A stretch of 64,000 nucleotides of DNA, taken from positions 18,667 through 82,666 of the forward strand of contig DASVDC010000128.1 of the NCBI GenBank assembly GCA_036381275.1. The letters are read 5' to 3'. Position numbers and translations under genes: made by a program. The stretch comes from Pseudomonadales bacterium (GTDB lineage: Bacteria; Pseudomonadota; Gammaproteobacteria; Pseudomonadales; Azotimanducaceae). The notes below the pieces were generated by a model, which saw nothing but the letters and a program-made list of their open reading frames with translations, had not been told where the DNA came from and made no database searches. Shown piece after piece: positions 16,524 through 26,553 of this stretch. The first letter of the stretch is position 1, and the number at the start of each line of letters is the position of its first letter.

Positions 16524-17693
16524 ATGAGCGAGCTCGCCGAATTCCGCAAAGAGGTGGCCGCCTGGCTGAAGGACAACTGCCCCGAGGGGGCGCGTGGCCC
16601 CGGCCAGATCGCCACCGGCAGCAGCAAGATCAAGCTGGAGCCGGACGTCCAGCGCTGGCTCGAGCGCTGCGTCGAGCGGGGCTTCACCGCCCCGACCTGG
16701 CCGAAGCAGTACGGCGGCGGCGGGCTCTCCCCGGCCGAGGCGCAGGTCCTCTACGAGGAGATGGCGGCGATCCGCGCGCGCATGCCGCTGATGGGCATGG
16801 GCCTGTCGATGATCGGCCCCACGCTGCTCGAGTTCGGCACCGAGGATCAGAAAGCGCGGCACCTGCCGCGCATCGTCCGCGGCGAAGTGCAGTGGTGTCA
16901 GGGCTATTCGGAGCCGAGCGCGGGCTCGGACCTCGCCTCGTTGCGTACCCGGGCCGAAGACCGGGGCGACCACTTCGTGATCAACGGGCAGAAGATCTGG
17001 ACCTCCGGCGCGGCCACCGCCGACTGGATGTTCGCGCTGGTGCGCACCGATCCGGACGCGCCGAAGCACGAAGGCATCAGCTTCGTGCTCCTCACGATGG
17101 ACCAGCCGGGCGTCACCGTGCGGCCGATCCGGCTGATCTCGGGCAGCTCGCCGTTCTGCGAGACGTTCTTCGACAACGCGATCGCGAAGAAGGAGGACCT
17201 GGTCGGCGAGCTGAACAAGGGCTGGACGGTCGGCAAACGGCTGCTCCAGTTCGAGCGCTCCGGCATCGGCGGGCTATCGGGCGGTGCGCGCCGCCAGCCG
17301 AGCGAAGGGCTCGCCCGGCTCGCGAAGGAGTACGTCGGCGAAGAGAACGGCCGCATCGCCGATCCCGCCGTGCGCGCGAGCATCATCGACTTCAACATGC
17401 GTTCGCACGCGTTCCGGCTGACCGCCGCCCGCGTCAACGAGGAGAACCGTTCGGGCACGCCCGGCGAGGCCACCTCGATCTTCAAGCTGGTCGGCGCCCG
17501 CCTGCAGCAGAACGGTGCCGATCTGCGGCGTCAGCTGATGGGCACCCGCGGTCTCGGGGTGGACGGGTTCTCGCCGCGCGAGCTCGAGGCGACCACGGAA
17601 TGGCTCGCCACGAAGGCCACCACCATCTACGGCGGCAGCGACGAAATCCAGGCGAACATCATCGCGAAGCGCGTCCTCGGGCTCCCGGACTGA
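16524..17693 (+). CDS. acyl-CoA dehydrogenase family protein
   Basis: ACAD patterns (GYSEPSAGSDLASLRTRA, FVINGQKIWTSGA, and the C-terminal IYGGSDEIQANIIAKRVLGLP). Confidence 0.9.
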   Translation: MSELAEFRKEVAAWLKDNCPEGARGPGQIATGSSKIKLEPDVQRWLERCVERGFTAPTWPKQYGGGGLSPAEAQVLYEEMAAIRARMPLMGMGLSMIGPTLLEFGTEDQKARHLPRIVRGEVQWCQGYSEPSAGSDLASLRTRAEDRGDHFVINGQKIWTSGAATADWMFALVRTDPDAPKHEGISFVLLTMDQPGVTVRPIRLISGSSPFCETFFDNAIAKKEDLVGELNKGWTVGKRLLQFERSGIGGLSGGARRQPSEGLARLAKEYVGEENGRIADPAVRASIIDFNMRSHAFRLTAARVNEENRSGTPGEATSIFKLVGARLQQNGADLRRQLMGTRGLGVDGFSPRELEATTEWLATKATTIYGGSDEIQANIIAKRVLGLPD

Positions 17694-17698
17694 CGGTC

Positions 17699-18529
17699 AT
17701 GGCTTATCAGACGATCGACGTTCGGCCGCTCACCCCGCACATCGGCGCCGAGGTGGCCGGCGTCGATCTGTCCAAGCCGCTCGCGAACGAGCAGTTCAGC
17801 GAGGTCTATCAGGCCTGGCTCGACTGGAAGGTGCTGGTGTTCCGCGATCAGCACCTCGACCGGGAACAGCACAAGGCGTTCGCGCGCCGGTTCGGCCGCC
17901 TGCACGTGCACCCGATGCAGCACAGCTACGGCGGCGACCCGGAGATTCTCACCGTGAAGACCACGGCCACGTCGAAGTACACGGCCGGCAACGGCTGGCA
18001 CACCGACGTGAGCTGTGACGAGATTCCGCCGCTCGGTTCGATGCTCTACATGAAGCAGACGCCCGAGGGCGGCGGCGGTGATACGCTGTTCGCGGACATG
18101 TATCTCGCCTACGAGCTGCTGTCCGACACGATGAAGCGCATGCTGGACGGGCTCGTCGCGGTGCACGACGGCGCCCTGCCCTACCTCGGCGCCTACGGTG
18201 TCGCGCCGCCCGAGGGCCAGCAGTATCCGAAGCACGAGCATCCGGTGATCACCACGCATCCCGAGACCGGCCGCAAGGTGCTCTACGTGAACTCGGGCTT
18301 CACGTCGCACATCAAGGGCCTCGCGCCGTGGGAGAGCCGTCTGCTGCTGCAGGGGCTGTTCAATTTCATCGCCACCGAGGTGCGCCTGACGTGCCGGGTG
18401 CAGTGGCAGCCGAACACGCTGACGTTCTGGGACAACCGCTGCACGCAGCACCACGCGATCTGGGACTACCACCCCCACACCCGCCACGGGGAGCGGGTGT
18501 CCATCGTCGGTACCCAGCGGCCGGCCTGA
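17699..18529 (+). CDS. TauD/TfdA-family Fe(II)/2-oxoglutarate dioxygenase
   Basis: WHTDVS (HxD) motif and the C-terminal WDNRCTQHHA are typical of taurine-dioxygenase-like enzymes. The ATG lies 5 nt after the upstream stop. Confidence 0.9.
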   Translation: MAYQTIDVRPLTPHIGAEVAGVDLSKPLANEQFSEVYQAWLDWKVLVFRDQHLDREQHKAFARRFGRLHVHPMQHSYGGDPEILTVKTTATSKYTAGNGWHTDVSCDEIPPLGSMLYMKQTPEGGGGDTLFADMYLAYELLSDTMKRMLDGLVAVHDGALPYLGAYGVAPPEGQQYPKHEHPVITTHPETGRKVLYVNSGFTSHIKGLAPWESRLLLQGLFNFIATEVRLTCRVQWQPNTLTFWDNRCTQHHAIWDYHPHTRHGERVSIVGTQRPA

Positions 18530-18624
18530 GCCCGGCCTCCGCCGGCCGGCTCGCCTGAGCACCTGACGCCTCCCGGCACAGTCGTTGCTCCGACTCGAGT
18601 CCGACCTCATCGGAGACTCGAGCC

Positions 18625-19194
18625 ATGCTCAGGATCGCCATCATCATCGGCAGCACCCGGCCCGAACGCATCGGCGCCGCGGTCGGCGAGTGGGCCTACG
18701 CGATCGCGCGGCAACGGACGGACGCGGAGTTCGAGCTGCTCGACCTGAAGGACTTCGACCTGCCGCTGCTCGACGAGCCGCTCCCGCCCGCGATGGGGCA
18801 ATACGCCCACCCGCACACCCGGCGCTGGGCGTCGGTGGTCGCGTCGTTCGACGCGTTCGTGTTCGTCACCGCCGAGTACAACCACGGCATTCCGGGCGCG
18901 CTCAAGAACGCGCTGGACTTCGTCTATGCCGAGTGGAACAACAAGGCGGCCGGGTTCGTTTCCTACGGCAGCGCGATGGGCGTGCGCGCGGTGGAGAGCC
19001 TGCGTCTGGTGATGGCGGAGCTTCAGGTCGCCGACGTGCGTGCCCAGGTGATGCTGTCGCTGTTCACCGATTTCGAGAACATGAAGACGTTCAAGCCGGA
19101 CGCGCGCCACGAGAAGTCCCTCAACACGATGCTGGACCAGCTCGTGGCCTGGGGCGGAGCGCTGCGCGAAGCACGCGCCGGCCAGAGCGCCTGA
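18625..19194 (+). CDS. NAD(P)H-dependent FMN reductase family protein
   Basis: N-terminus MLRIAIIIGSTRPERIG and the TAEYNHGIPGALKNALD motif. Confidence 0.85.
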   Translation: MLRIAIIIGSTRPERIGAAVGEWAYAIARQRTDAEFELLDLKDFDLPLLDEPLPPAMGQYAHPHTRRWASVVASFDAFVFVTAEYNHGIPGALKNALDFVYAEWNNKAAGFVSYGSAMGVRAVESLRLVMAELQVADVRAQVMLSLFTDFENMKTFKPDARHEKSLNTMLDQLVAWGGALREARAGQSA

Positions 19195-19259
19195 CGGCCG
19201 CACCGGCGGGCCGCCGCGCCGACGGGACCGATTCGTCGGAACCGGCGCGACACGCTAAC

Positions 19260-20975
19260 ATGGGCGCTGCCGCAACGGAGAAGCGACAGCGCGTGGAACG
19301 CATCTGGATTTCGAGCTACCCCCCGGGAGTGCCGGCCGAGATCGACGCCGACGCTTTCCCGTCGCTCGCCGCCGTGCTCGAGGAGAGCGTGCGGCGCTTC
19401 GCCGACCGGCCCGCCTTCCGCAACCTGGGCGAGACCATCACGTACGCGGAGCTCGACCGCTACAGCCGCTGCTTCGCCGGCTACCTGCAGGGGCATCTCG
19501 GGCTCGGCAAGGGTGAGCGCATCGCGCTGATGATGCCGAACGTGCTGTCGTACCCGATCGCGCTGTTCGGCGCGCTGCGGGCCGGGCTGACGGTGGTGAA
19601 CGTGAACCCTCAATACACGCCCCACGAGCTCGAGCACCAGCTGAACGACAGCGGCGCCGCCACGATCGTGATCATCGAGAACTTCGCCCACGTGCTCGAG
19701 CGCTGCATCGGCCGCACGCCGGTCCGCCATGTGGTGGTCGCCACGGTGGGAGACGTGCTGCCCGCGCCCAAGCGCTGGGTGACCAGCTTCGTGGTGCGCC
19801 ACGTCAGACGGATGGTGCCCGGCTTCTCGCTGCCGGGTGCGACGGCGTTCAGGGCGGCGCTCGGGCTCGGCGCCGCCGCGCGGTTCGACCCGGTCGAGAT
19901 CGGCGGCGAGGATCTCGCGTTCCTGCAGTACACCGGCGGCACGACGGGCGTCCCGAAGGGCGCGATGCTGACCCACCGCAACCTGGTGGCGAACCTCGAG
20001 CAGGCGGCTGCGTGGCTGCGCCCGTTCCTGCGCGAATCGGGCGAAGTCGTGATCACCGCGCTGCCCCTCTACCACATCTTCGCCCTCACCGCGAACTGCC
20101 TGGTGTTCATGAAGATCGGCGGGCTGAACCATCTGATCACGAATCCGCGCGACATGCCCGGCTTCGTCAAGGAGCTGCGCGGCAGCGGTTTCACCGCGAT
20201 CACCGGCGTCAACACGCTGTTCAACGGGCTGCTGAACACCCCGGGCTTTGCCGAGCTCGACTTCTCGACCCTGCGGATCAGCCTGGCCGGCGGCACCGCG
20301 ACCCAGCGCAGCGTCGCGGAACGCTGGCGTCAGGTCACCGGCACCACGCTGATCGAAGCCTACGGCCTGACGGAAGCATCGCCGGCGGTCTGCATCAATC
20401 CGCTCGACCTCGACGAATACAACGGCACCGTCGGAATGCCGGTGCCGTCCACCGACTTGCGGATCGTGGCCGACGACGGCACGGAGGCGGAGCCCGGCAC
20501 ACCCGGCGAGCTGCTGGTCAAGGGGCCGCAGGTGATGAAGGGCTACTGGCAACGTCCGGAGGAGACGGCAGCGGTGCTCGACCCCGACGGGTGGCTGCAC
20601 ACCGGCGACGTCGCCGTCGTCTCGGAGAACGGCTACGTTCGGCTGGTCGACCGGATGAAGGACCTGATCCTCGTGTCCGGCTTCAACGTCTATCCGAACG
20701 AGGTGGAGGACGTGCTCGTATCCCACCCGGGTGTGCTCGAGGCAGGGGTGATCGGGGTGCCGGACGAGCGGACCGGCGAGGCCGTCGTCGCGCTGGTGGT
20801 GAAGCGCGACCCGGATCTGACCGCCGAGGCGCTCGAGGCGTTCTGCCGCGAGAACCTCACCGGCTACAAGCGGCCGCGGCGGATCGAGTTCGTCGACGAG
20901 CTGCCGAAGTCGAACGTCGGCAAGATCCTGCGCCGGCAGCTCCGCGACCGTTACCTGGAAGCGCCCGCGCGTTGA
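19260..20975 (+). CDS. fadD: long-chain fatty acid-CoA ligase
   Basis: The N-terminus IWISSYPPGVPAEID parallels E. coli FadD. AMP-binding motif YTGGTTGVPKGA. The C-terminal GKILRRQLRD is present. The upstream part of track ORF 18585.. is a shadow frame. Confidence 0.9.
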   Translation: MGAAATEKRQRVERIWISSYPPGVPAEIDADAFPSLAAVLEESVRRFADRPAFRNLGETITYAELDRYSRCFAGYLQGHLGLGKGERIALMMPNVLSYPIALFGALRAGLTVVNVNPQYTPHELEHQLNDSGAATIVIIENFAHVLERCIGRTPVRHVVVATVGDVLPAPKRWVTSFVVRHVRRMVPGFSLPGATAFRAALGLGAAARFDPVEIGGEDLAFLQYTGGTTGVPKGAMLTHRNLVANLEQAAAWLRPFLRESGEVVITALPLYHIFALTANCLVFMKIGGLNHLITNPRDMPGFVKELRGSGFTAITGVNTLFNGLLNTPGFAELDFSTLRISLAGGTATQRSVAERWRQVTGTTLIEAYGLTEASPAVCINPLDLDEYNGTVGMPVPSTDLRIVADDGTEAEPGTPGELLVKGPQVMKGYWQRPEETAAVLDPDGWLHTGDVAVVSENGYVRLVDRMKDLILVSGFNVYPNEVEDVLVSHPGVLEAGVIGVPDERTGEAVVALVVKRDPDLTAEALEAFCRENLTGYKRPRRIEFVDELPKSNVGKILRRQLRDRYLEAPAR

Positions 20976-21985
20976 TCTCGGCCGGCTCGATCGACCTTCG
21001 ACGACTGTTTCCGGTGCGGCCGGCCCGCGCCGGCGTTCGCTGGCTGGTCAGCCTGATCCTGCTGGTCACGCTGCTGACCGCGTTCTGGGCGTGCGGCATT
21101 TTCTCCGCCGAAGAGTTCGCCCAGGCGCCGTCCCCGGCGGGACCCGCGCTGTTCTTCAGTGTGATCATCGCGTACATCGTGCCGATCTTCGGCTACATCA
21201 GCGAGCGCACCGCGGCGGCCGTCGACGCCCTCGGGCCACTGCTGGACGAGACGGCGGAGCAGCATGCCGCCTGGTGCCGCCGGATCTACGTCAAGCCGCG
21301 ACTCTGGCTGCTGACGGTGCTCGGCATCGCCATCGCGGCCGGCCTCGCCCACAACCTCCTGCTGTTCGGCTCCCTCGATCCGCTGCTCCTCGTCCGGAGC
21401 CCGTCGGCCGCCACCTCGGCGATCGCGTGGGGCACGATGCTGGTCTGGTCGACCGTCACCTTCGTGATCGCCGCGCTGCTGGACAATGCGCTGCTGCTGA
21501 ACCGCCTCGCCGGACGGGTGCGGGTGCAGCCGTTCCATCCGATATCGCTGCGGCCGTTCGCGACCGTCGCGGTGATCTCGACCCTCGCGCTGATCGGTGC
21601 GCAGGCCGCGTTCCCGATCATGACGATCGAGGACGACATGAATCCGGCGGCCTACCTCCCCGGGCTCATCGCCACCGGCATCCCGATGCTGCTGATCGCG
21701 GCGCTGCCGGTCTGGCCGGTGCACCGGCAGCTCGCAGCGGCGAAGCGCGAGCTGCTCGCGGACGTGAACGCGCGCATTGCCGCGCTGCCGTTGCCGGACG
21801 CGGCACGGCCGGAGAGCATCGTCGCGCTCACGCAACTGCTCGCCTACCGCCGCGAGGTGATGCAGATCTCCGAGTGGCCGTTCGACGTCGGGGTGATGAC
21901 CCGGCTCGCGCTGTACCTGATCATCCCGCCCCTCACCTGGGTGGGCGCCGCGCTGATCGAGAACCTCGTCGACGCGTTCCTGTAA
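20972..21985 (+). CDS. hypothetical multi-pass membrane protein
   Basis: Several hydrophobic helices (WLVSLILLVTLLTAFWACGIF, LFFSVIIAYIVPIFGYI, ...). The start is ambiguous: TTG 20972 (overlapping the fadD stop) or GTG 21014. No family recognised. Confidence 0.55.
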   Translation: MISAGSIDLRRLFPVRPARAGVRWLVSLILLVTLLTAFWACGIFSAEEFAQAPSPAGPALFFSVIIAYIVPIFGYISERTAAAVDALGPLLDETAEQHAAWCRRIYVKPRLWLLTVLGIAIAAGLAHNLLLFGSLDPLLLVRSPSAATSAIAWGTMLVWSTVTFVIAALLDNALLLNRLAGRVRVQPFHPISLRPFATVAVISTLALIGAQAAFPIMTIEDDMNPAAYLPGLIATGIPMLLIAALPVWPVHRQLAAAKRELLADVNARIAALPLPDAARPESIVALTQLLAYRREVMQISEWPFDVGVMTRLALYLIIPPLTWVGAALIENLVDAFL

Positions 21986-21997
21986 CGGGCGTTGCCG

Positions 21998-22462
21998 CTA
22001 CAGATCCTCGGTACGCTGGTACTCCTTCGACAGACGCATCTCGTGCGCCTCGAGCTGCTGCGCGAGCGCCGCATAGGCCTCGCTGGCCTCCTCGGAGTCG
22101 CGGTTGTCCGCGAGCTCCTCGAACATCTCGCGCAGCGGCTCGTTCAGGCTCTGCAGCCACTGGATCACGTCGATACCGCTGAGCGAATTCTCGTCCGGCG
22201 GATCGAACTCGGTCGGCATCTCCACCGTGTACTGCGTATAGGTGTTCAGCAGCTTGTCGGAGCCCTCTTCCAGGACCCGCTCCACGTTGTCGAGCAGACG
22301 GCGCTGCTCGGGCGCGATGCTGTCGAGCAGCAACTGGACGCGCGCGCCGTTGTCGCGCTTCGCGAGCGCCTCGAGTGCGTCCGCGGTCGCCCGCAGATGG
22401 CGGACGGCGTGCTCCAGGACCTGTTCCCCGGTCCGGAAGGTGTAGTGTTTGTGCCGGGGCAT
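21998..22462 (-). CDS. hypothetical acidic protein
   Basis: 154-aa ORF with a GGGAG RBS, 10 nt downstream of the host-attachment-family gene. No family recognised. Confidence 0.55.
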   Translation of the reverse strand: MPRHKHYTFRTGEQVLEHAVRHLRATADALEALAKRDNGARVQLLLDSIAPEQRRLLDNVERVLEEGSDKLLNTYTQYTVEMPTEFDPPDENSLSGIDVIQWLQSLNEPLREMFEELADNRDSEEASEAYAALAQQLEAHEMRLSKEYQRTEDL

Positions 22463-22472
22463 GACTGCTCCC

Positions 22473-22910
22473 TCAGAAGAACTCGGGCACGTGCTGCTCG
22501 AGCTTATCGGCCGGCAGCGTGGTGAGCTCCTTGTCGATGGTCAATGCGACGAGATCCGCAGCAGGGGCGCTCAGATGCGCGCGAATCTGCCCGAGGAACC
22601 GCGGCGGTGCGATCAGGACCAGGCGTTCGAGCTCACCTCTGGTGCGTCCCTCCTCCAGTCGAGCCGCCACCCGCTTCGCGAAGATGGCCATCTCGTGATC
22701 CTTCGTGGTGTTCCGGTTGCCCATCGCGTGGCGGCCCGGGCCGCCCGCGTCGAAGGAGCGTCCGCCGCCCCTGTCGGTGACCAGGTCACCTTCGTGGAGC
22801 CGGTGCTCGGGGGAAAGCAGGGTATCGAATTCTTCCAGCTTGCGGTTCTTGTGCCGGTTGAACAACCGGGCCCGTGTACCGTCCGCGACGACCACCCAGG
22901 TATTACCCAT
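22473..22910 (-). CDS. host-attachment-protein family (PF10116-like) protein
   Basis: Pattern WVVVADGTRARLF...LVLIAPPRFLGQIR...L. Start placed at ATG 22910 (AAGGGGG RBS) rather than the track start at 22940. Confidence 0.65.
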   Translation of the reverse strand: MGNTWVVVADGTRARLFNRHKNRKLEEFDTLLSPEHRLHEGDLVTDRGGGRSFDAGGPGRHAMGNRNTTKDHEMAIFAKRVAARLEEGRTRGELERLVLIAPPRFLGQIRAHLSAPAADLVALTIDKELTTLPADKLEQHVPEFF

Positions 22911-23032
22911 GAGGCCCCCTTTGTCTGTCGGTTTGAACACCTACGGCGAACCCGCACGATCCATTCTCGCCATGCGCGCACGAAAGTAAAACGGCAGCGG
23001 GCTCGGGCAGGCGGTTTGACGATTGATCCGGA

Positions 23033-23593
23033 TCAACCGTGAGCGGAATCACCCTCGGGGCCGAAGGTCGGCTCCCCTTCTTCTTCTTCACGACGGAGGC
23101 GCAGGTACTCGGTTTCGAGCTGGCGGTACATGGCCAGGAGCGGAGCGGGCGGATCGAGCTCACCGTTCTTGACCGCCTGCGGGAAGTGCATCGCCAGGTG
23201 ATCGTCCTCGTAGCGCACGACGCTGCCGACGGTGCGGCATTCGAGATCGTCGAGGTTCAGCCGGATCGGCACCTCCATGCCGCGGCGCAGCGTGAGGCCG
23301 GCCACCTCGAGCTGGATGCCGGTGAGGCTGAGGTCGATGCATCGAGCGAGCAGGATCCGCGCGCCGACGCGGATCTGCACGCGGAAACCCTCCCGTATCG
23401 CATCCGGAAGGGACGCGACCGGCACCCGGAAGCCGACCCGGCGCTCGCACGCGCCGCTCTGACGCAGGAACGCCTCGAGCTGTTCGACCTGCGGCTTGGA
23501 CAGTGTGATCGGCTCCTCACGGCCACGCACCGTCAGCACCAACCCGTCCGGGTCGGTGCCGAAGGTGATGTCTCCCAGGGTCAGCCGCTGCAT
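23033..23593 (-). CDS. PilZ domain-containing protein
   Basis: RRxxxR-like (ERRVGFR) and D-x-S-x-x-G (DLSLTGI) c-di-GMP-binding signatures. Confidence 0.65.
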   Translation of the reverse strand: MQRLTLGDITFGTDPDGLVLTVRGREEPITLSKPQVEQLEAFLRQSGACERRVGFRVPVASLPDAIREGFRVQIRVGARILLARCIDLSLTGIQLEVAGLTLRRGMEVPIRLNLDDLECRTVGSVVRYEDDHLAMHFPQAVKNGELDPPAPLLAMYRQLETEYLRLRREEEEGEPTFGPEGDSAHG

Positions 23594-23697
23594 GCCACTC
23601 GAGCCGCTCGCACTTTCTCACCATGGAGCATAGACCAGTCTCGCCCGCCCGGTGGTGACGGGTGAGACAAGGAAACCGACGCCCGGATCGGGACGGA

Positions 23698-25302
23698 TCA
23701 GCGGCGCACGCGCTGGTCGCGCAGGATCTCGCGGGCGGCGTTGTGTCCCGGGATGCCGGTCACGCCGCCGCCCGGATGCGCCCCGGAGCCGCACAGGTAC
23801 AGGCCCGGCACCGGGGTGCGGTAGTCGGCAAAGCCCATCACTGGCCGGTTGCTCCAGAGCTGATCGAGAGACAGCGCGCCGTGGAAGATGTCCCCGCCCG
23901 TCAGGCCGAACTTGCGCTCGAGGTCCAGCGGCGAATGGAGCTGCCGGGCGATGATCGCGTCGCGGAAGTTCGGCGCGAACCGTGTCACCGCGTCGACGAT
24001 GGCGTCCGCCGCCTGTTCACGGCGATCGTCCCAGCTCGCCCCGCCGGGCAGCTCGAACGGGAAGTGCTGACAGAACAGGCTCGCCACGTGCCGGCCCGGC
24101 GGCGCCAGGTTGTCGTCCACGGTGGAGGGGATCAGCATCTCCACCACCGGCTCGCGCGAGAAGCCGTACCGGCGCGCATCGAGGTAGGCACGCTCGAGAT
24201 AGTCCATGGTCGGCCCGATGATGATCCCGGCCTGGTGGTGCAGGCCCACCTCCCGGCCCGGCCGGCAGGTGAAATCCGGCAGCTCGGAGAGCGCGACGTT
24301 CATCCGGAAGCTGGCCGACTCGGTGCGGTAGCTGCGGATGCGCCGCAGAAACTCACCGTCGAGGTGCCGGGCATCGACCAGCCCGAGGAACAGCCGCTTC
24401 GGCCCGACGTTGGCCGCGACGCAGCGGCCGCGCAGCACGCCGCCGTCGGCGAGACGGACGCCCGCGGCGCGGCCGCCCTCCACCAGCACCTCGGCCACCT
24501 CCGCTTCGGTTCGCACCTCGACGCCGAGCGCTTCGGCCTCGGCGCGCATCGCCGCCGTGATCGCGCCCATCCCGCCGATCGCATGGCCCCAGGCACCGTC
24601 CACGCCGTTCACCTGACCGAACACGTGGTGCAGCAGCACGTAGGCGGAACCGGGCGTCGACGGCGCGGCGAAGTTGCCTACCAAGGCGTCGAACGCGAAA
24701 GCGGCCTTGATGTGGTCCGTCTCGAACCACGCGCCCAGCACCTGGGCGGCGGATTTGGTGAACATGTCGATCACGTCGCGCCGCTGTGGCATGTCGAGCC
24801 GACGGGCCCGCAGCGCCGTGCCGCCGGCGCGCACCAGGTCGAGAAAGCCCCCGCCCACGTTCGGCGGCGTCCGCAGCAGCTCATCGCGCAGGAATCCGAC
24901 CACGCCGTCGAGCATCGCGAGATACCCCGGCAGCCGCTCGGCGTCCCGAGCGGAAAAGCGGGCGAACTCGGCCTGGGTCGCGGCGCGGTCGCGGTGGAAC
25001 GACAACGATTCCCGTTCCGACAACGGAAAGAAGTTGCTCTGCGGCCGCAGCACGATGCGCAGCCCGTGCTCGGCGAGCCGCAGCTCCTCGATGATCTTCG
25101 GATGCAGCAGGCTGACCGTGTAGCTCGCGACCGAGTTGCGGAATCCCGGATGGAACTCTTCGGTCACCGCCGCGCCGCCGACCAGATGGCGGCGCTCCAG
25201 CACCACGACCGAGCGCCCCGCCTTCGCGAGGTAGCACGCGCAGACGAGCCCGTTGTGGCCGCCGCCGACCACGATCACATCGAAATCCGCCGGCTCTGTC
25301 AT
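23698..25302 (-). CDS. phytoene-desaturase-family NAD(P)/FAD-dependent oxidoreductase
   Basis: N-terminal dinucleotide fold DVIVVGGGHNGLVCACYLAKAG and C-terminal GSGAHPGGGVTG. 534 aa. Confidence 0.85.
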   Translation of the reverse strand: MTEPADFDVIVVGGGHNGLVCACYLAKAGRSVVVLERRHLVGGAAVTEEFHPGFRNSVASYTVSLLHPKIIEELRLAEHGLRIVLRPQSNFFPLSERESLSFHRDRAATQAEFARFSARDAERLPGYLAMLDGVVGFLRDELLRTPPNVGGGFLDLVRAGGTALRARRLDMPQRRDVIDMFTKSAAQVLGAWFETDHIKAAFAFDALVGNFAAPSTPGSAYVLLHHVFGQVNGVDGAWGHAIGGMGAITAAMRAEAEALGVEVRTEAEVAEVLVEGGRAAGVRLADGGVLRGRCVAANVGPKRLFLGLVDARHLDGEFLRRIRSYRTESASFRMNVALSELPDFTCRPGREVGLHHQAGIIIGPTMDYLERAYLDARRYGFSREPVVEMLIPSTVDDNLAPPGRHVASLFCQHFPFELPGGASWDDRREQAADAIVDAVTRFAPNFRDAIIARQLHSPLDLERKFGLTGGDIFHGALSLDQLWSNRPVMGFADYRTPVPGLYLCGSGAHPGGGVTGIPGHNAAREILRDQRVRR

Positions 25303-25395
25303 CTGCTGCTCCGAATCGAACGATCCTCCGCCCGCTGTGCCGCTTGTTCGGATTGGCGTATCGTCGGCCTCCTACCAGTGTGAACGGAGGACAGG

Positions 25396-26259
25396 GTGCG
25401 ACTGACGGGGAAGGTTGCCGTGATCACGGGCGGCGCGAGTGGCATGGGTAAGGCCAGCGTACTCAGGTTTCTCGCGGAAGGTGCCCGCGTCTTGGTGGCG
25501 GATTATAACGCGGCCACCGGCGCGGCCACGATCGAGGAGGCGGCCGCGGCCGGCTACCGCGACGCGGTCGACTTCATCCGCACCGACGTCGCCCGCGAAG
25601 CCGACGTGGAAGCGATGATGCAACGCGCGCTGAAGCGTTTCGGCCGGCTCGACGTGGTGTTCAACAACGCGGGCGTGGGCGGCGCGATCGGACCGCTGAC
25701 GGAGACCACGGTGGCGGATTGGGACTACACGATGGACGTGCTCGCGAAGGGCGTGTTCCTCGGCATCAAACACGCGGCGCGCGTGCTGCGCGCGCAGGGC
25801 CAGGGCGGCTCGATCATCAACACCTCTTCGGTCGCCGCGCTGTCGGGCGACGGCGGGCCGCTGGTCTACTCCGCCGCCAAGGCCGCGGTGCTGAGCCTCA
25901 CCCGCTCCGCGGCCGTGGAGCTCGCCCGCGACCGGATCCGGGTCAATGCGATCTGTCCCGGCTTCATCGCGACACCGCTCGCCGAGCTCGGCCGGCCCGA
26001 CGAGACCCGCGCCCGATTCGCCGACGCGCAGCCGTGGCCGGATTTCGGCCGCGGCGAGCACATCGCCGGCGCGGCGTTGTTCCTGGCGAGCGACGACGCC
26101 GAATTCGTCACCGGCGAGGCGTTGGTGGTGGATGGTGGACTGACCGCCGCGGGGCCCGAGCTGTCGAAGAAGTTTCCGCGCAGCTCCGCCCGGGATGCCC
26201 GGGTCAGCGGCGTCACGAAGGGCAGCACCGGCGAGCCGCCGGAACTGCGGAAGCTCTGA
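25396..26259 (+). CDS. SDR-family oxidoreductase
   Basis: GKVAVITGGASGMG, NNAG, and YSAAKAA (YxxxK). GTG start with a GGAGGA RBS. Confidence 0.9.
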   Translation: MRLTGKVAVITGGASGMGKASVLRFLAEGARVLVADYNAATGAATIEEAAAAGYRDAVDFIRTDVAREADVEAMMQRALKRFGRLDVVFNNAGVGGAIGPLTETTVADWDYTMDVLAKGVFLGIKHAARVLRAQGQGGSIINTSSVAALSGDGGPLVYSAAKAAVLSLTRSAAVELARDRIRVNAICPGFIATPLAELGRPDETRARFADAQPWPDFGRGEHIAGAALFLASDDAEFVTGEALVVDGGLTAAGPELSKKFPRSSARDARVSGVTKGSTGEPPELRKL

Positions 26260-26268
26260 CGTCGGCGC

Positions 26269-26481
26269 TCAGGCGCCCGGCCGCTGCTCGCCGGAGTCCG
26301 GGAGCTCCGTCATGGTGATCTCCGGCACCTCGAGCGTCTCCAGCACCTCGGCCAGCGGCAGTACCTGCGGCGCCGCCCCATCGGCGGTGGCCAGCACGCG
26401 GGTACCCTCGCAGCGCACGATGGTCCAGCGCACGCCGCGGCGCCGGAATGCCTGCCCGACCAGTGAGTCGTATCCGCTCAT
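26269..26481 (-). CDS. hypothetical small protein (70 aa)
   Basis: ORF with GAGGAGG 8 nt upstream of the ATG. No family recognised. Confidence 0.45.
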   Translation of the reverse strand: MSGYDSLVGQAFRRRGVRWTIVRCEGTRVLATADGAAPQVLPLAEVLETLEVPEITMTELPDSGEQRPGA

Positions 26482-26553
26482 CGCTGATACCTCCTCGTCC
26501 GGACCACTGTAGCGCGCGGACGAACCCCCGGCTGACCGGCCGTCGGCATTCTG

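Noticed and set aside
18530-18624. Repeated GACTCGAG motifs and small hairpins upstream of the FMN reductase gene
   Set aside because: The stems are short (5 bp) and the 8-mer repeat is a palindromic XhoI-like core. There is no conservation evidence and no clear regulatory interpretation.
23023-23036. Perfect 14-bp palindrome TTGATCCGGATCAA overlapping the PilZ stop codon
   Set aside because: Several perfect 14-bp palindromes are expected by chance in 64 kb. It has no loop to act as a terminator and no second copy.
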